Part shown: piece after piece, positions 53,480 through 62,746 of the stretch
Position numbering within the stretch: the stretch's first letter is position 1
Layout of the letters: every line of letters starts with the position of its first letter
Assembly: GCA_039794005.1 (NCBI GenBank)
Contig: JBAMMA010000017.1
Coordinates: forward strand, 92,837-156,836
From: Thermoplasmata archaeon
Lineage (GTDB): Archaea > Thermoplasmatota > Thermoplasmata > Thermoplasmatales > ARK-15
Length of the DNA: 64,000 bases
Reading direction: 5' to 3'
The notes under the pieces: generated by a model
The model's input: the letters and a program-made list of their open reading frames with translations, nothing else
The model's database searches: none
What the model was told of the DNA's origin: nothing
Position numbers and translations under genes: made by a program

Positions 53480-54646
53480 TTATCGTTCCTCCGGTTCCAG
53501 TATTTTAACTACATCAAGTCTTATTATTTTTATTTTTTGGTCAAGTATCGATGATATAGATGGATTCGTTCTACCATTATCTCCATGCACAAATTCTTTT
53601 ACATATGTTCCCGGATCTGTCTCTATCTCTAATATAATTTTTTTATCCTCAACATTTTTAATTTCTATCCTTCTTATACGTTTTTTTCTATGCATGTCTG
53701 ACCTGCTTTTTATGACCCTTAAAGGGGTTCTCTGATCTATTATTACATTTTCAAGAGATTTCAATTTTTTTACTATTTCTTCATTTGGTATTTCTTTTTC
53801 AAGCTCAATTTCCAGTTCATATACCTTCGGGTATTCTTTCGATTTTATTTCTTCAACTTCTTTAGAGCTTGAATATCTTAGGTCAAATATTTCAATTATA
53901 CCTTTATTTTTTTCATTCACTTCTTTTTCAATTTCCCTTAAATCATAATTCCTTATTTTTGGATTTGTTATTTCCAATATAAATGGCCTTCCATTTCCTA
54001 GCATTAATACATCAACATCCTCTCTTCCTGCACCATGCAAATAAAATTTGTTACCTTTGAAATATTTAATTGCGATTTCTCCTATCCTTTCTTCCACAGA
54101 TTTATCACCTTTATTGTGTATCCATCTTGTTTGTGGGATATTTCTCGAATATTTTCTATATCTACCATAAATGTATATCGACTTTGCTTTTATTTCAACT
54201 GAATAATAATCAACATCTATGATGGCCGATAATTCTGGATCTTTTAAATCTACATTTTTGTTCATCCTATTACTGATTATTTTACCAATTTCTCTAGAAA
54301 GCTCATTCTTTATGCTTTCACCCATGTTTCCATATTTTTCATGTATCTTTTTTTCCTTTTCCAATACATTGTCATCTATTCTTATTCCAACTAGAAAGGT
54401 ATTGAATTCATAATTCTTCATTTCATCAATAACTATTTCTGCATATTTTTCTAAATCATTAAAAATATTGTTGCATATGTAACATTTTTCTATTTTTAAT
54501 TCACCTATATTTAAATTATTTTCCATGGAATATAAAATCCTTATGGCCCTTCCTCTCTCCTTATTTGTAAGACCATGCCCCATCATGGCATAAATCCTTC
54601 CTAAACATGAATCACATAATTCATTGATCTCTTCAGGGTATTGCAT
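53480..54646 (-). CDS. pus10: tRNA pseudouridine(54/55) synthase
   Basis: CDSCLGR, GRYRKYSRNIPQT, HGAGREDVD, QRTPLRV, GTYVKE, GRTNPS. Confidence 0.95.
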   Translation of the reverse strand: MQYPEEINELCDSCLGRIYAMMGHGLTNKERGRAIRILYSMENNLNIGELKIEKCYICNNIFNDLEKYAEIVIDEMKNYEFNTFLVGIRIDDNVLEKEKKIHEKYGNMGESIKNELSREIGKIISNRMNKNVDLKDPELSAIIDVDYYSVEIKAKSIYIYGRYRKYSRNIPQTRWIHNKGDKSVEERIGEIAIKYFKGNKFYLHGAGREDVDVLMLGNGRPFILEITNPKIRNYDLREIEKEVNEKNKGIIEIFDLRYSSSKEVEEIKSKEYPKVYELEIELEKEIPNEEIVKKLKSLENVIIDQRTPLRVIKSRSDMHRKKRIRRIEIKNVEDKKIILEIETDPGTYVKEFVHGDNGRTNPSISSILDQKIKIIRLDVVKILEPEER

Positions 54647-55385
54647 GATTTATAGATGATGTAAAAATATTTAATTCTATTTTATGATTTTAAGTTAATC
54701 AATAAAAAATTTTTTTAATTTAAGAATTGAAAATATAAATAAAGGTTGAATTAGAGGATTTTTTAATACCAAAGAAAATGTTTTGTTGTATTGGATATAT
54801 AAAAATCTCTTTAACAAGATATTTAAAAAAAGGAATTTATAGAAAAATTAAAAACTTTGATTGAGCATTTTTCTAAAATACAAATATTTTTACAGAGATA
54901 AATCCCTTAAATGAAATGTATGAATCACATGCAAGAAATTTTTTATAAATATGTTTTTAACATTGAGAAATTTATGGAGAAATTAAGCCAATGGATTGTG
55001 ATTTTTCAGTAAAAATACAGCACGTATATTCATTGGCAAAAATTTGATTATATGATAATAAATGCTGTAATAACAACAATTGTATTTACATGTATTTTAC
55101 AGAAATTGAAAGATGAGAAAGAAATTCATTTAATATCTATTTTTGCCTGAATTCCTGAAAATGCAGTTTTATCGAAAAACAAAGGGGAACATGAAAATTC
55201 TTTGATGAATATGGAAAATGATTGTTCTAATGAAATTAACAGATTTGATAAAGTATTGGAAATAATTTCTTAAAACATTCAAATAACATAATTTTGCCAT
55301 TTGGTATAATTAGGGGTTAAGTTTAAATATGATGGTATTATCAGGATTATCTGTTAAAATTGGAGGTGAAAATAATTTATGGAGG

Positions 55386-55772
55386 ATGCTGAAGATGGCC
55401 GTGGGAATACATATAATTGCGGATTTTTACGGCGTTGATGAAAATACGATAGCATATGTTGAATCAATGAAGCCAATTTTTGAAGAATCTGTTAAGTATG
55501 CTAAGCTAACTAAGATTTCTTCAGATTATTATCAATTTAGGCCAAGGGGATGTAGTGGTATTATACTTTTGGCGGAATCCCATATTAGTTTTCATACTTG
55601 GCCTGAGCATGGTTTGATTACACTCGATATTTATACTTGTGGCGATCCAAATCAGGCTTTTATAGCTCTTGACTATTTTCAAAAGACGTTCAAGCCAACA
55701 AAGATTTCACAAATAGTGATTGAAAGGGGAACAGAAGTAATAGATGAAAAAAGTGTGGAGATAAAGATCTGA
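55386..55772 (+). CDS. speD: S-adenosylmethionine decarboxylase proenzyme
   Basis: [23 protein letters not shown] (ES pyruvoyl cleavage site), DIYTCG; start either ATG 55386 or 55395. Confidence 0.9.
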   Translation: MLKMAVGIHIIADFYGVDENTIAYVESMKPIFEESVKYAKLTKISSDYYQFRPRGCSGIILLAESHISFHTWPEHGLITLDIYTCGDPNQAFIALDYFQKTFKPTKISQIVIERGTEVIDEKSVEIKI

Positions 55773-55773
55773 A

Positions 55774-56319
55774 ATGTTAACGATAATACCAAACAAGGTT
55801 TTTTTTACAAAAGGCGTTGGAAGGCATACCAGCGAACTTGGATCTTTTGAAAGGGCCTTAAGGGATGCAGGTATTGCCCAATTTAACTTGGTTGAAGTTT
55901 CCTCAATTTTTCCACCAAATGCAGAGATAGTTTCTAAAGAGGAGGGATTAAAATATTTAAAACCTGGCCAGATACTTTACGTTGTATTGGCTAGGAATTC
56001 AAGCAATGAATTAAACAGGCTGATCTCAGCATCTGTTGGTTTGGCAATACCAAAGGATAGAAACATGTATGGATATTTAAGTGAACATCACAGTTTTGGG
56101 GAAACTGAGCAAACAGCAGGAAATTTTGCAGAGGAACTTGCTGCTGAAATGCTTGCATCAACGCTTGGAATAGATCATCACCTCGTATGGGACGAGGAAA
56201 TAAATACTTGGAAACTTGATGATAGGATATTGTTAACTCAAAATATAACATCTACAGCCGTAGTTGAAAAGCCTGGAGAATGGACTACGGTGATTGCTGC
56301 AGCAGTTCTGATTCCATAA
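55774..56319 (+). CDS. pdaD: pyruvoyl-dependent arginine decarboxylase
   Basis: [35 protein letters not shown]. Confidence 0.92.
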   Translation: MLTIIPNKVFFTKGVGRHTSELGSFERALRDAGIAQFNLVEVSSIFPPNAEIVSKEEGLKYLKPGQILYVVLARNSSNELNRLISASVGLAIPKDRNMYGYLSEHHSFGETEQTAGNFAEELAAEMLASTLGIDHHLVWDEEINTWKLDDRILLTQNITSTAVVEKPGEWTTVIAAAVLIP

Positions 56320-57202
56320 ATTTTTTAGCTAAATTGTGAGCGGGCCTGATTGGGTCTATGTGATTTAATATTTCTTTACCAATTTTATATGCTCTTCTTA
56401 AAGAAATGTGATTTCCTGGTGAAACATATCTATTTTTAATTTTAAAGCCAATAATTTCTTTTTGATCATATATCATTTCATCGATCAATTTGCCAAATAG
56501 AAGTGATTTTGCAATACCTAATGTTGGTTTATCCCATAATATGCCCAGAAATGATGCAAGTCCTATTCTACGTGGATGAAGAATCCCGTTTCCGTCCAAT
56601 ATTCCCAATCCTTCAGGTATATGATCTAATAAAAGAATTCCTTCTCTATATGACAAATATGTTGGTATATATGGAAAATTGACAATTTTTTTTATGAGTG
56701 TATAATCTTCAATTTTGTAATTTTTAAATTTAACAATAGCAATATATGCATTTCTATCATTATATGATACATCGTATGAATAAATATAATCAAAATCCAC
56801 ATCCTTCAATTCAAGCTTTTTTAATAGTTCATTTTCGAATTCCCTTATCTTTTTTAATGGATAGTTTGTCCTGAATTCTCTGAATCTTATCTTATCAAAT
56901 CCTACTATTCTGTTATTTTCTACCTTGATTCCTTCAGATTCTAATAGTTCAATCTTTTTCTTTATACCATTTGGATGTGTGAAACCTCCGATTGTTCCAT
57001 CGCTCTTTACTACCCTATGACAGGGTATAACAATTGGGTTCGGATTTTTTGATAGCATTTCACCAACTGCCCTCGACGCTATTATGTCCCCTAATGCAGT
57101 TGCAAGGTCACCATATGTTGATACCATTCCTCTAGGTATTTGCTTCACCAATTCATAAAAATATGAATAAAGATCGATTTTTATTTCTGAAATATCCATC
57201 AT
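56285..57202 (-). CDS. fused O6-alkylguanine-DNA alkyltransferase / endonuclease V
   Basis: QIPRG..STYG and PCHRV (AGT); [32 protein letters not shown] (EndoV). Confidence 0.9.
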   Translation of the reverse strand: MMDISEIKIDLYSYFYELVKQIPRGMVSTYGDLATALGDIIASRAVGEMLSKNPNPIVIPCHRVVKSDGTIGGFTHPNGIKKKIELLESEGIKVENNRIVGFDKIRFREFRTNYPLKKIREFENELLKKLELKDVDFDYIYSYDVSYNDRNAYIAIVKFKNYKIEDYTLIKKIVNFPYIPTYLSYREGILLLDHIPEGLGILDGNGILHPRRIGLASFLGILWDKPTLGIAKSLLFGKLIDEMIYDQKEIIGFKIKNRYVSPGNHISLRRAYKIGKEILNHIDPIRPAHNLAKKFMESELLQQSP

Positions 57203-57215
57203 AAAAATATGTTAT

Positions 57216-58757
57216 TCAGAATATTTCATTTTTTCCCATCAATTCTATTTCATATTGTGAGAGGGGGATTTTAATAGGGATTCTAATATGCTGAGATATC
57301 ATGAATGCTTCACTTCCATCTTTTCCAGGGCCTTTTAAATTTTCTATATATTTTATTTCATTTTTATTTAAAGAATAAAAATTTTCCATATCTTCTGAAA
57401 CTTCATTATGTCTAAATATAACATGAATTAGGGAATTGTGCATCATGGTTTTCCCTTTTTCATTTTTCAATAAATCATCCGATTTTTGCGTGATTAAATT
57501 TATGGATGTTTTATATCTCCTTACATGTCTGAACATCATGTCTAAAATATTCAATAATTCCTCATCCTTCATTATTTTCCATGCCTCGTCTATTACTAAG
57601 AATTTTCTTGAATCATTTTTTAAAATTGGGATTATAGAATTTAATATTATTTTGATTGATATATAAAAATCCATTTCCTTGATTTTTGAAAAATCAAAAA
57701 TTATTCCATTTTCCGGTATTTTATTATTACCAAATAAAAATTTCCCGTATTGGGTATCATAAAAATCGGATATATATGATTTCAAATTTTTTCCTATACT
57801 ATCTTTAGAATTTATTGACTTTAAAATCTTTTGAGCATTACAGTTTACACAACTTTTTATACTTTTTGAAAAATATATCTTTTCTCTTTCACTTAAATGG
57901 AAAATGGATGAAAATAATGACGATATTCTTTCAACATATTCATCCAGTGATTCACTTTCAAACCTTGTAAATACATCTGGAATATCATCATCGTTTAAAT
58001 TTGAATATTTAATATCCAAGAATTTTGATAAATTTTTATATTCTCCCAATGGATCGATTATAAAATATTTCGTGTTTTTGTAGGATAATTTTTCCCTCAT
58101 CATTACCATTTTTACGAAATGGGATTTACCATAACCTGTAGAACCTGTTATTATGCCATGAGAAGCTGGAAATTCCCATCTGTTAAAGATTATTGGCATA
58201 TTGTTATAATAATGAAAGCCGATTAAAATGCCATTTTCCATTATTATTCCATTTCCAGGAAATGGAAATAGGTATGATATTCCATGTGTATGTAATTTTC
58301 TACCTTCACTGTTATCTGGAGGCATTATGAATTTTTTGTGCTTGTTAAAAATATCGAATTTGTATCTTTTTATTTTAAATTTTTTGGATTTGTATTTGTT
58401 TATTATATTATGATATTCTTTACCTTTGATATAAATTATAAAATTTACATCGTATAAATGGCCCTTTCCGGATATTATATACTCCAATAACGATTTGGCA
58501 GAAACTAATTTATTTTTGTTCTTTATAATGCTGGAAAAATTTTTACTATTTATTGCAGGAAAAATTCTCTGCGATTCAGACTCTAAAATTTTTATTGAAA
58601 AATTGTCGCTTATGCTCTTAATATCAATTCTCATCGAATGTGGTTCCTCTGTCAGTATTTCAGATAATTCCGAAAATTTTATCCTTGCTGGAAGGTCCAA
58701 TTCAAAATAACTTATATTGTTTTTACCTTTTTCTATTCTATCCTTTAATATTTTCAT
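57216..58757 (-). CDS. VirB4/CedB-like secretion ATPase
   Basis: HGIITGSTGYGKS Walker A, IIDPLGEY, LVIDEAW Walker B, RHVRRYK..INLITQ; SD GGTGA before ATG 58757. Confidence 0.85.
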   Translation of the reverse strand: MKILKDRIEKGKNNISYFELDLPARIKFSELSEILTEEPHSMRIDIKSISDNFSIKILESESQRIFPAINSKNFSSIIKNKNKLVSAKSLLEYIISGKGHLYDVNFIIYIKGKEYHNIINKYKSKKFKIKRYKFDIFNKHKKFIMPPDNSEGRKLHTHGISYLFPFPGNGIIMENGILIGFHYYNNMPIIFNRWEFPASHGIITGSTGYGKSHFVKMVMMREKLSYKNTKYFIIDPLGEYKNLSKFLDIKYSNLNDDDIPDVFTRFESESLDEYVERISSLFSSIFHLSEREKIYFSKSIKSCVNCNAQKILKSINSKDSIGKNLKSYISDFYDTQYGKFLFGNNKIPENGIIFDFSKIKEMDFYISIKIILNSIIPILKNDSRKFLVIDEAWKIMKDEELLNILDMMFRHVRRYKTSINLITQKSDDLLKNEKGKTMMHNSLIHVIFRHNEVSEDMENFYSLNKNEIKYIENLKGPGKDGSEAFMISQHIRIPIKIPLSQYEIELMGKNEIF

Positions 58758-59031
58758 TTTTATCACCCAAGATTACAATCAAAATATATGTTAGAGAGAC
58801 AAAAATGAATACATAATTTATAAAAAAGAAAAGAAAAGTTATGAATATTAAGAAAGAAACTATTGAATATAAAAATTGATTTTTTAAAATGAAATATAAA
58901 AAGATTAAAGATGCATTCATTAATATTATTCCAAATATGTTTTTCGATATATAGGAATATAAAATCGAAATTGAAAGGGACAATAGTAAAAAATCTCTAT
59001 AAAATTTCAACATAATGACCAAAGCCTCCAT
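58738..59031 (-). CDS. small very hydrophobic membrane protein in the T4SS-like operon
   Basis: 97 aa, almost entirely hydrophobic; overlaps both neighbours. Confidence 0.6.
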   Translation of the reverse strand: MEALVIMLKFYRDFLLLSLSISILYSYISKNIFGIILMNASLIFLYFILKNQFLYSIVSFLIFITFLFFFINYVFIFVSLTYILIVILGDKNENIKG

Positions 59032-59714
59032 ATAGAATATGAAAATTCATCAACTTTCATTTTATTAAAATTAAATTCGAATGATGATATATTTGAAATA
59101 ATTTTTTCAAGAGATTCCAATTCTTCAACGTTTCCGTTTTTTGATGAAAAAACAATGAATGTTTTTAAAAATACCCTCTTTTCAAAATTATTATTAATTA
59201 AAATTTTAATTTCATTAGAATATTCATTTTCAATTTCGAATCTAATGTCTGGAATTTCATCGTATAAATTAAAAATAGTTATGTCAAAGTTCGTTAAATT
59301 TAAAATCTCTATGAATTTTTCCTTTAATTCTTCCTTCTTTTCATCATCTAAAAATTCACTGCCTACATATTTTACTGAATATGAAACAGATAATTTATCA
59401 TTCCATTTAAATATAAATTCATTTACTTTTCTTATAGATGCATATTTTTCAATCTCAAATTCTTTAACGTTTTTTCTTGATAAAATATAATAAAAATTTT
59501 TGTATAATGTAACATCAATATATTCTCCTCTCACCTTTATTAATGGTATTAATATTAAAATAATTATAATTATCAGAATTACAAATTCTTTTGTCAAATA
59601 AAAAAGCAAAATAAATGGAGTTGATAGAATTATTGAATTTTTAATTTTGGATATTGGAAAATTCATTATAAAAATATCGTTCATTATATTTTCTGGAATA
59701 TCTATCTCCTTCAT
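59007..59714 (-). CDS. PrgI/VirB3-like membrane protein with a soluble C-terminal domain
   Basis: IDIPENI..., hydrophobic hairpin, KVRGEYIDVTLYKNFYY (PrgI-like pattern); operon position. Confidence 0.55.
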   Translation of the reverse strand: MKEIDIPENIMNDIFIMNFPISKIKNSIILSTPFILLFYLTKEFVILIIIIILILIPLIKVRGEYIDVTLYKNFYYILSRKNVKEFEIEKYASIRKVNEFIFKWNDKLSVSYSVKYVGSEFLDDEKKEELKEKFIEILNLTNFDITIFNLYDEIPDIRFEIENEYSNEIKILINNNFEKRVFLKTFIVFSSKNGNVEELESLEKIISNISSFEFNFNKMKVDEFSYSIWRLWSLC

Positions 59715-59715
59715 T

Positions 59716-60720
59716 TTAGAATAACACCAGCGAACCAATCATTTCAATTCCATTTGAAATAATATCCTTGGCTTTTAAAAGTATACCAAACCTTGGAAAT
59801 AGAGAATATCCCGTGGGATAACCCATCCTGGACATTGAAAATGTAACTACATATGGTATAAGCATTGATACCAATAGTATCGCTATCCAAAACAATGGAT
59901 CTTGAATTATTCCCATCAGCATAATCAAAGGGGCCATAAATATTATTTCTATACTTCTATCTATGAACGTAAGCCACATTCTTTTTCCTATTTCATATGT
60001 TCCATTGAATGTTAAAAATATTGAGAACAGAGGGAGAAACATAATGAAAAAATATATCCACACAATTCTCATAACTAGTACAATTGTGAATGCTAGCACT
60101 ACTGTAAATAACGTTAATAATATCAATAATTCCAAAAGATTGTTTTCGGTATATGCAAAATATATATAGTTATTTAAAAAATAGTTGAAAGGCCATAATT
60201 CTAGATCTGATATTCCTTGGTATGGATTTGGTGTTCCTGACCAATTTATCTGCATTCCTGAATAAAAATAAATATATATTGCTCTCAACAATGAAAATAA
60301 AAGATCTGATATTATTAAAGAAAAATAGGCCAAAATGATTCCTAAGACTATATTAAATAAATAGTCGTTCCTTTCATGAAAAATAAATTGCTTTTTCCAA
60401 AGATAATAGAATCCTGAAAATATTATGAATATAGAAATTGAAGGAGACACTATATAATTTAATATTAAATAATTGATGTTTACTGCAAAGTCCATACCTA
60501 TCTGAGAAAATATTGGATAAATCGATGATTCATTTTTATAATACAATGGATTTAATGGAGGTATTTGACCATTTATCAATATTTGTGGAAATGCAAAATT
60601 TGGATTAAGCAATGGAAATGTAAAAGAAGCCCATATTATTGCCAATCCAAAAATTAATGCAGAATTTATTGTTGATAAAAAATCGAATAAAATTAAATTT
60701 ATTGCTGTTGATAATGCCAT
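59716..60720 (-). CDS. VirB6/TrbL/CedA-like polytopic membrane protein
   Basis: Several TM segments; MRIVWIYFFIMFLPLFSIF..NGTYEIGKRMW resembles the VirB6-type R..(x)..P motif; sits between the pilin and VirB4 genes. Confidence 0.65.
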   Translation of the reverse strand: MALSTAINLILFDFLSTINSALIFGLAIIWASFTFPLLNPNFAFPQILINGQIPPLNPLYYKNESSIYPIFSQIGMDFAVNINYLILNYIVSPSISIFIIFSGFYYLWKKQFIFHERNDYLFNIVLGIILAYFSLIISDLLFSLLRAIYIYFYSGMQINWSGTPNPYQGISDLELWPFNYFLNNYIYFAYTENNLLELLILLTLFTVVLAFTIVLVMRIVWIYFFIMFLPLFSIFLTFNGTYEIGKRMWLTFIDRSIEIIFMAPLIMLMGIIQDPLFWIAILLVSMLIPYVVTFSMSRMGYPTGYSLFPRFGILLKAKDIISNGIEMIGSLVLF

Positions 60721-60723
60721 AAT

Positions 60724-61065
60724 TCATCCTGTTGCAATGAAACTTATTATATTGACTATGGTTGAGGCACCTAGAACTATGAATGATGCAAGCAACATTA
60801 TAGGCAAATCATGTTTAAATTTCATTATACCCTCTCTATCATCTTTGTGGAAGAATAAAAATAATCCTTCATATATCCAGAATATAGCAAGTATGGATCC
60901 AGCAATTGTGTTAACGACTATGGTTAATCTCGATATAACTTCTTTTAATTGCTGTGTGGCATTTTCTTGAATATTTATAGTATAATGGCTGCCTTCATTG
61001 AACACATATTGGTTATTCCCTATTGTGGATAATATAAATAAGGCTATTATTAAATAATGAATCAT
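60724..61065 (-). CDS. VirB2/TrbC-like conjugative pilin (CedA1/TedC-like)
   Basis: Leader followed by two hydrophobic helices around a charged loop (IAGSILAIFWIYEG-LFLFFHKDDREGIMKFK-HDLPIMLLASFIVLGA). Confidence 0.65.
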   Translation of the reverse strand: MIHYLIIALFILSTIGNNQYVFNEGSHYTINIQENATQQLKEVISRLTIVVNTIAGSILAIFWIYEGLFLFFHKDDREGIMKFKHDLPIMLLASFIVLGASTIVNIISFIATG

Positions 61066-61248
61066 GATTTTTAGATTAATTTTATTTATATAAAACTTTC
61101 TTTATAAATTTTATAATTTTTATGATTTTTATAAATTTTATATTTCACGTTTGAAAAATTTTCAGAAAAATATTAATTCTTGTATTTATTTTTCATGATT
61201 TTTTCCATTTTTCTAAAAATTTAAATATTATTTTTTATAAGGTATATT
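61066..61248. promoter_or_regulatory. divergent promoter region with direct repeats and a palindrome
   Basis: TTTATAAATTTTATA at 61101-61115 and 61128-61142; TGAAAA-A-TTTTCA at 61152-61164. High AT content lowers the significance. Confidence 0.35.
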
Positions 61249-61491
61249 ATGGTTGAATCGCGAGCGTCAATAGGGGTAAAGCATTCAACTAAGGAATTAT
61301 TGACATATGTATCTGCACAGGTCCAGAGCGAGGTTGAGAGGGGAGATATAACATGGGACGAATTTCTGATTTATTTAGCAATAAAATATTTGGACAATAA
61401 AGGAATATCATTTAATGAAATATTAAAGAAATTAAATATTGATGTTGAAGAATTTGAAAGGGTAAGCAAAAGAGTTCAAGTGATGAAATGA
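61249..61491 (+). CDS. small ribbon-helix-helix-like DNA-binding protein
   Basis: ASIGVKHSTKELL...ITWDEFL matches the archaeal RHH pattern (SIxV..TKExL...TWDE). Confidence 0.6.
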   Translation: MVESRASIGVKHSTKELLTYVSAQVQSEVERGDITWDEFLIYLAIKYLDNKGISFNEILKKLNIDVEEFERVSKRVQVMK

Positions 61492-62498
61492 CTTTTATAT
61501 ATCAATTTAAGGGAATTAGATATAATGAAAAATTAAACCCCCTGGATGATCTAATAATTCCTCCCTTTGATGAAATCAATGAAGAACAAAAAGAAAGATA
61601 TAAAAAAATAAAATTTAACTTTGTACATTTTACTCTTCCAGATAGTTATGAATATCCAAAAATTTTGGCAGACAGATTTTTAAAAGATGGGATATTTAAA
61701 ATTGATGATGATTCTTATTATCTAATGGAAATCAAATATGAAAATAAAATTTTAAAAGGCATTGTTGCTGCTGTCGATCTGAATGGAAAAATATTTCCTC
61801 ATGAAAAGACCTTCGATTTTCCAGTTAAAGATAGATACAATCTACTTCAAAATTCTGGATATGATTTTGAGTATGTATTCTTTCTAACAAAAAAAGATTT
61901 AATATACGACGATGAAAAATTGCTTTCTTTTGGAACAATGGATAATAAAATTTATAATTTATATAAAATAAATTTAAAGAATAATGATATGGGTGATTTG
62001 GTTATAGCTGATGGCCACCATAGATTCCGGGCGGCCCTCCATTTCCACTCGAACTTTAATGGATATGATAAAATTTTAGGATTTATTATTAATGTTTTTG
62101 ATAATAATTTAATACTTAAAAATGCTAATAAAATGGTCCATGATAAATTAATAGATTTTGATAAAATAAGAGAATATTTTGATTTATCAGATCATGGTCT
62201 TAAATTTATTTATAAAGATAATATTTATTATATAATTCCTAAGGATAATGATTTGTACAAAATGCCTCAAATCTTCTGGTTTAATGAAATTTTAAAATTA
62301 TTGAATATTGATTATAATATAAATAATGTAATTACTTATTTTGATAATTCCTGTAAAAAAGATATGGCCTGCTTTTTTCCCATCCCTCCCAAACCTCAAG
62401 AGGTTTTTGATCTGGCCGTTAACAATATAATATTTCCACAAAAATCTACATACTTTTTACCAAAACCTGCTTCAGGATTGGTTTTTATGAAAAAATGA
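61488..62498 (+). CDS. DUF1015 family protein (ParB/Srx-like fold)
   Basis: FKGIRY, PPFD, PHEKT, IADGHHR, PQKSTYFLPKP. Confidence 0.85.
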   Translation: MTFIYQFKGIRYNEKLNPLDDLIIPPFDEINEEQKERYKKIKFNFVHFTLPDSYEYPKILADRFLKDGIFKIDDDSYYLMEIKYENKILKGIVAAVDLNGKIFPHEKTFDFPVKDRYNLLQNSGYDFEYVFFLTKKDLIYDDEKLLSFGTMDNKIYNLYKINLKNNDMGDLVIADGHHRFRAALHFHSNFNGYDKILGFIINVFDNNLILKNANKMVHDKLIDFDKIREYFDLSDHGLKFIYKDNIYYIIPKDNDLYKMPQIFWFNEILKLLNIDYNINNVITYFDNSCKKDMACFFPIPPKPQEVFDLAVNNIIFPQKSTYFLPKPASGLVFMKK

Positions 62499-62741
62499 TT
62501 ATAAATATTTTTTTGAAATCTTCTTATCTTTTAATTCAAATATAAACCATGTTGAATCACCAATATCTATTTCTTCAGTTACAAATGCTTCATTTTTATC
62601 AAATAAAAATTTTTTATCTTTTTTGATTTTTTTCCATATGGGTTCAGTTATTTTTATTCCTATACCAAATTTAATAGGTTCTTCAGACATTATACAGTAA
62701 TTTTTTTCCGCCTTATCATTATCTATTTCTATCAGCACCAT
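62499..62741 (-). CDS. hypothetical protein
   Basis: Short ORF directly downstream of gcvT, SD GGTGA. Confidence 0.6.
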   Translation of the reverse strand: MVLIEIDNDKAEKNYCIMSEEPIKFGIGIKITEPIWKKIKKDKKFLFDKNEAFVTEEIDIGDSTWFIFELKDKKISKKYL

Positions 62742-62746
62742 AATAT

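Noticed and set aside
56285-62498. Intact integrated conjugative element or provirus around the VirB4-like operon
   Set aside because: No integrase, relaxase, tRNA target or att direct repeats seen; flanks are housekeeping genes
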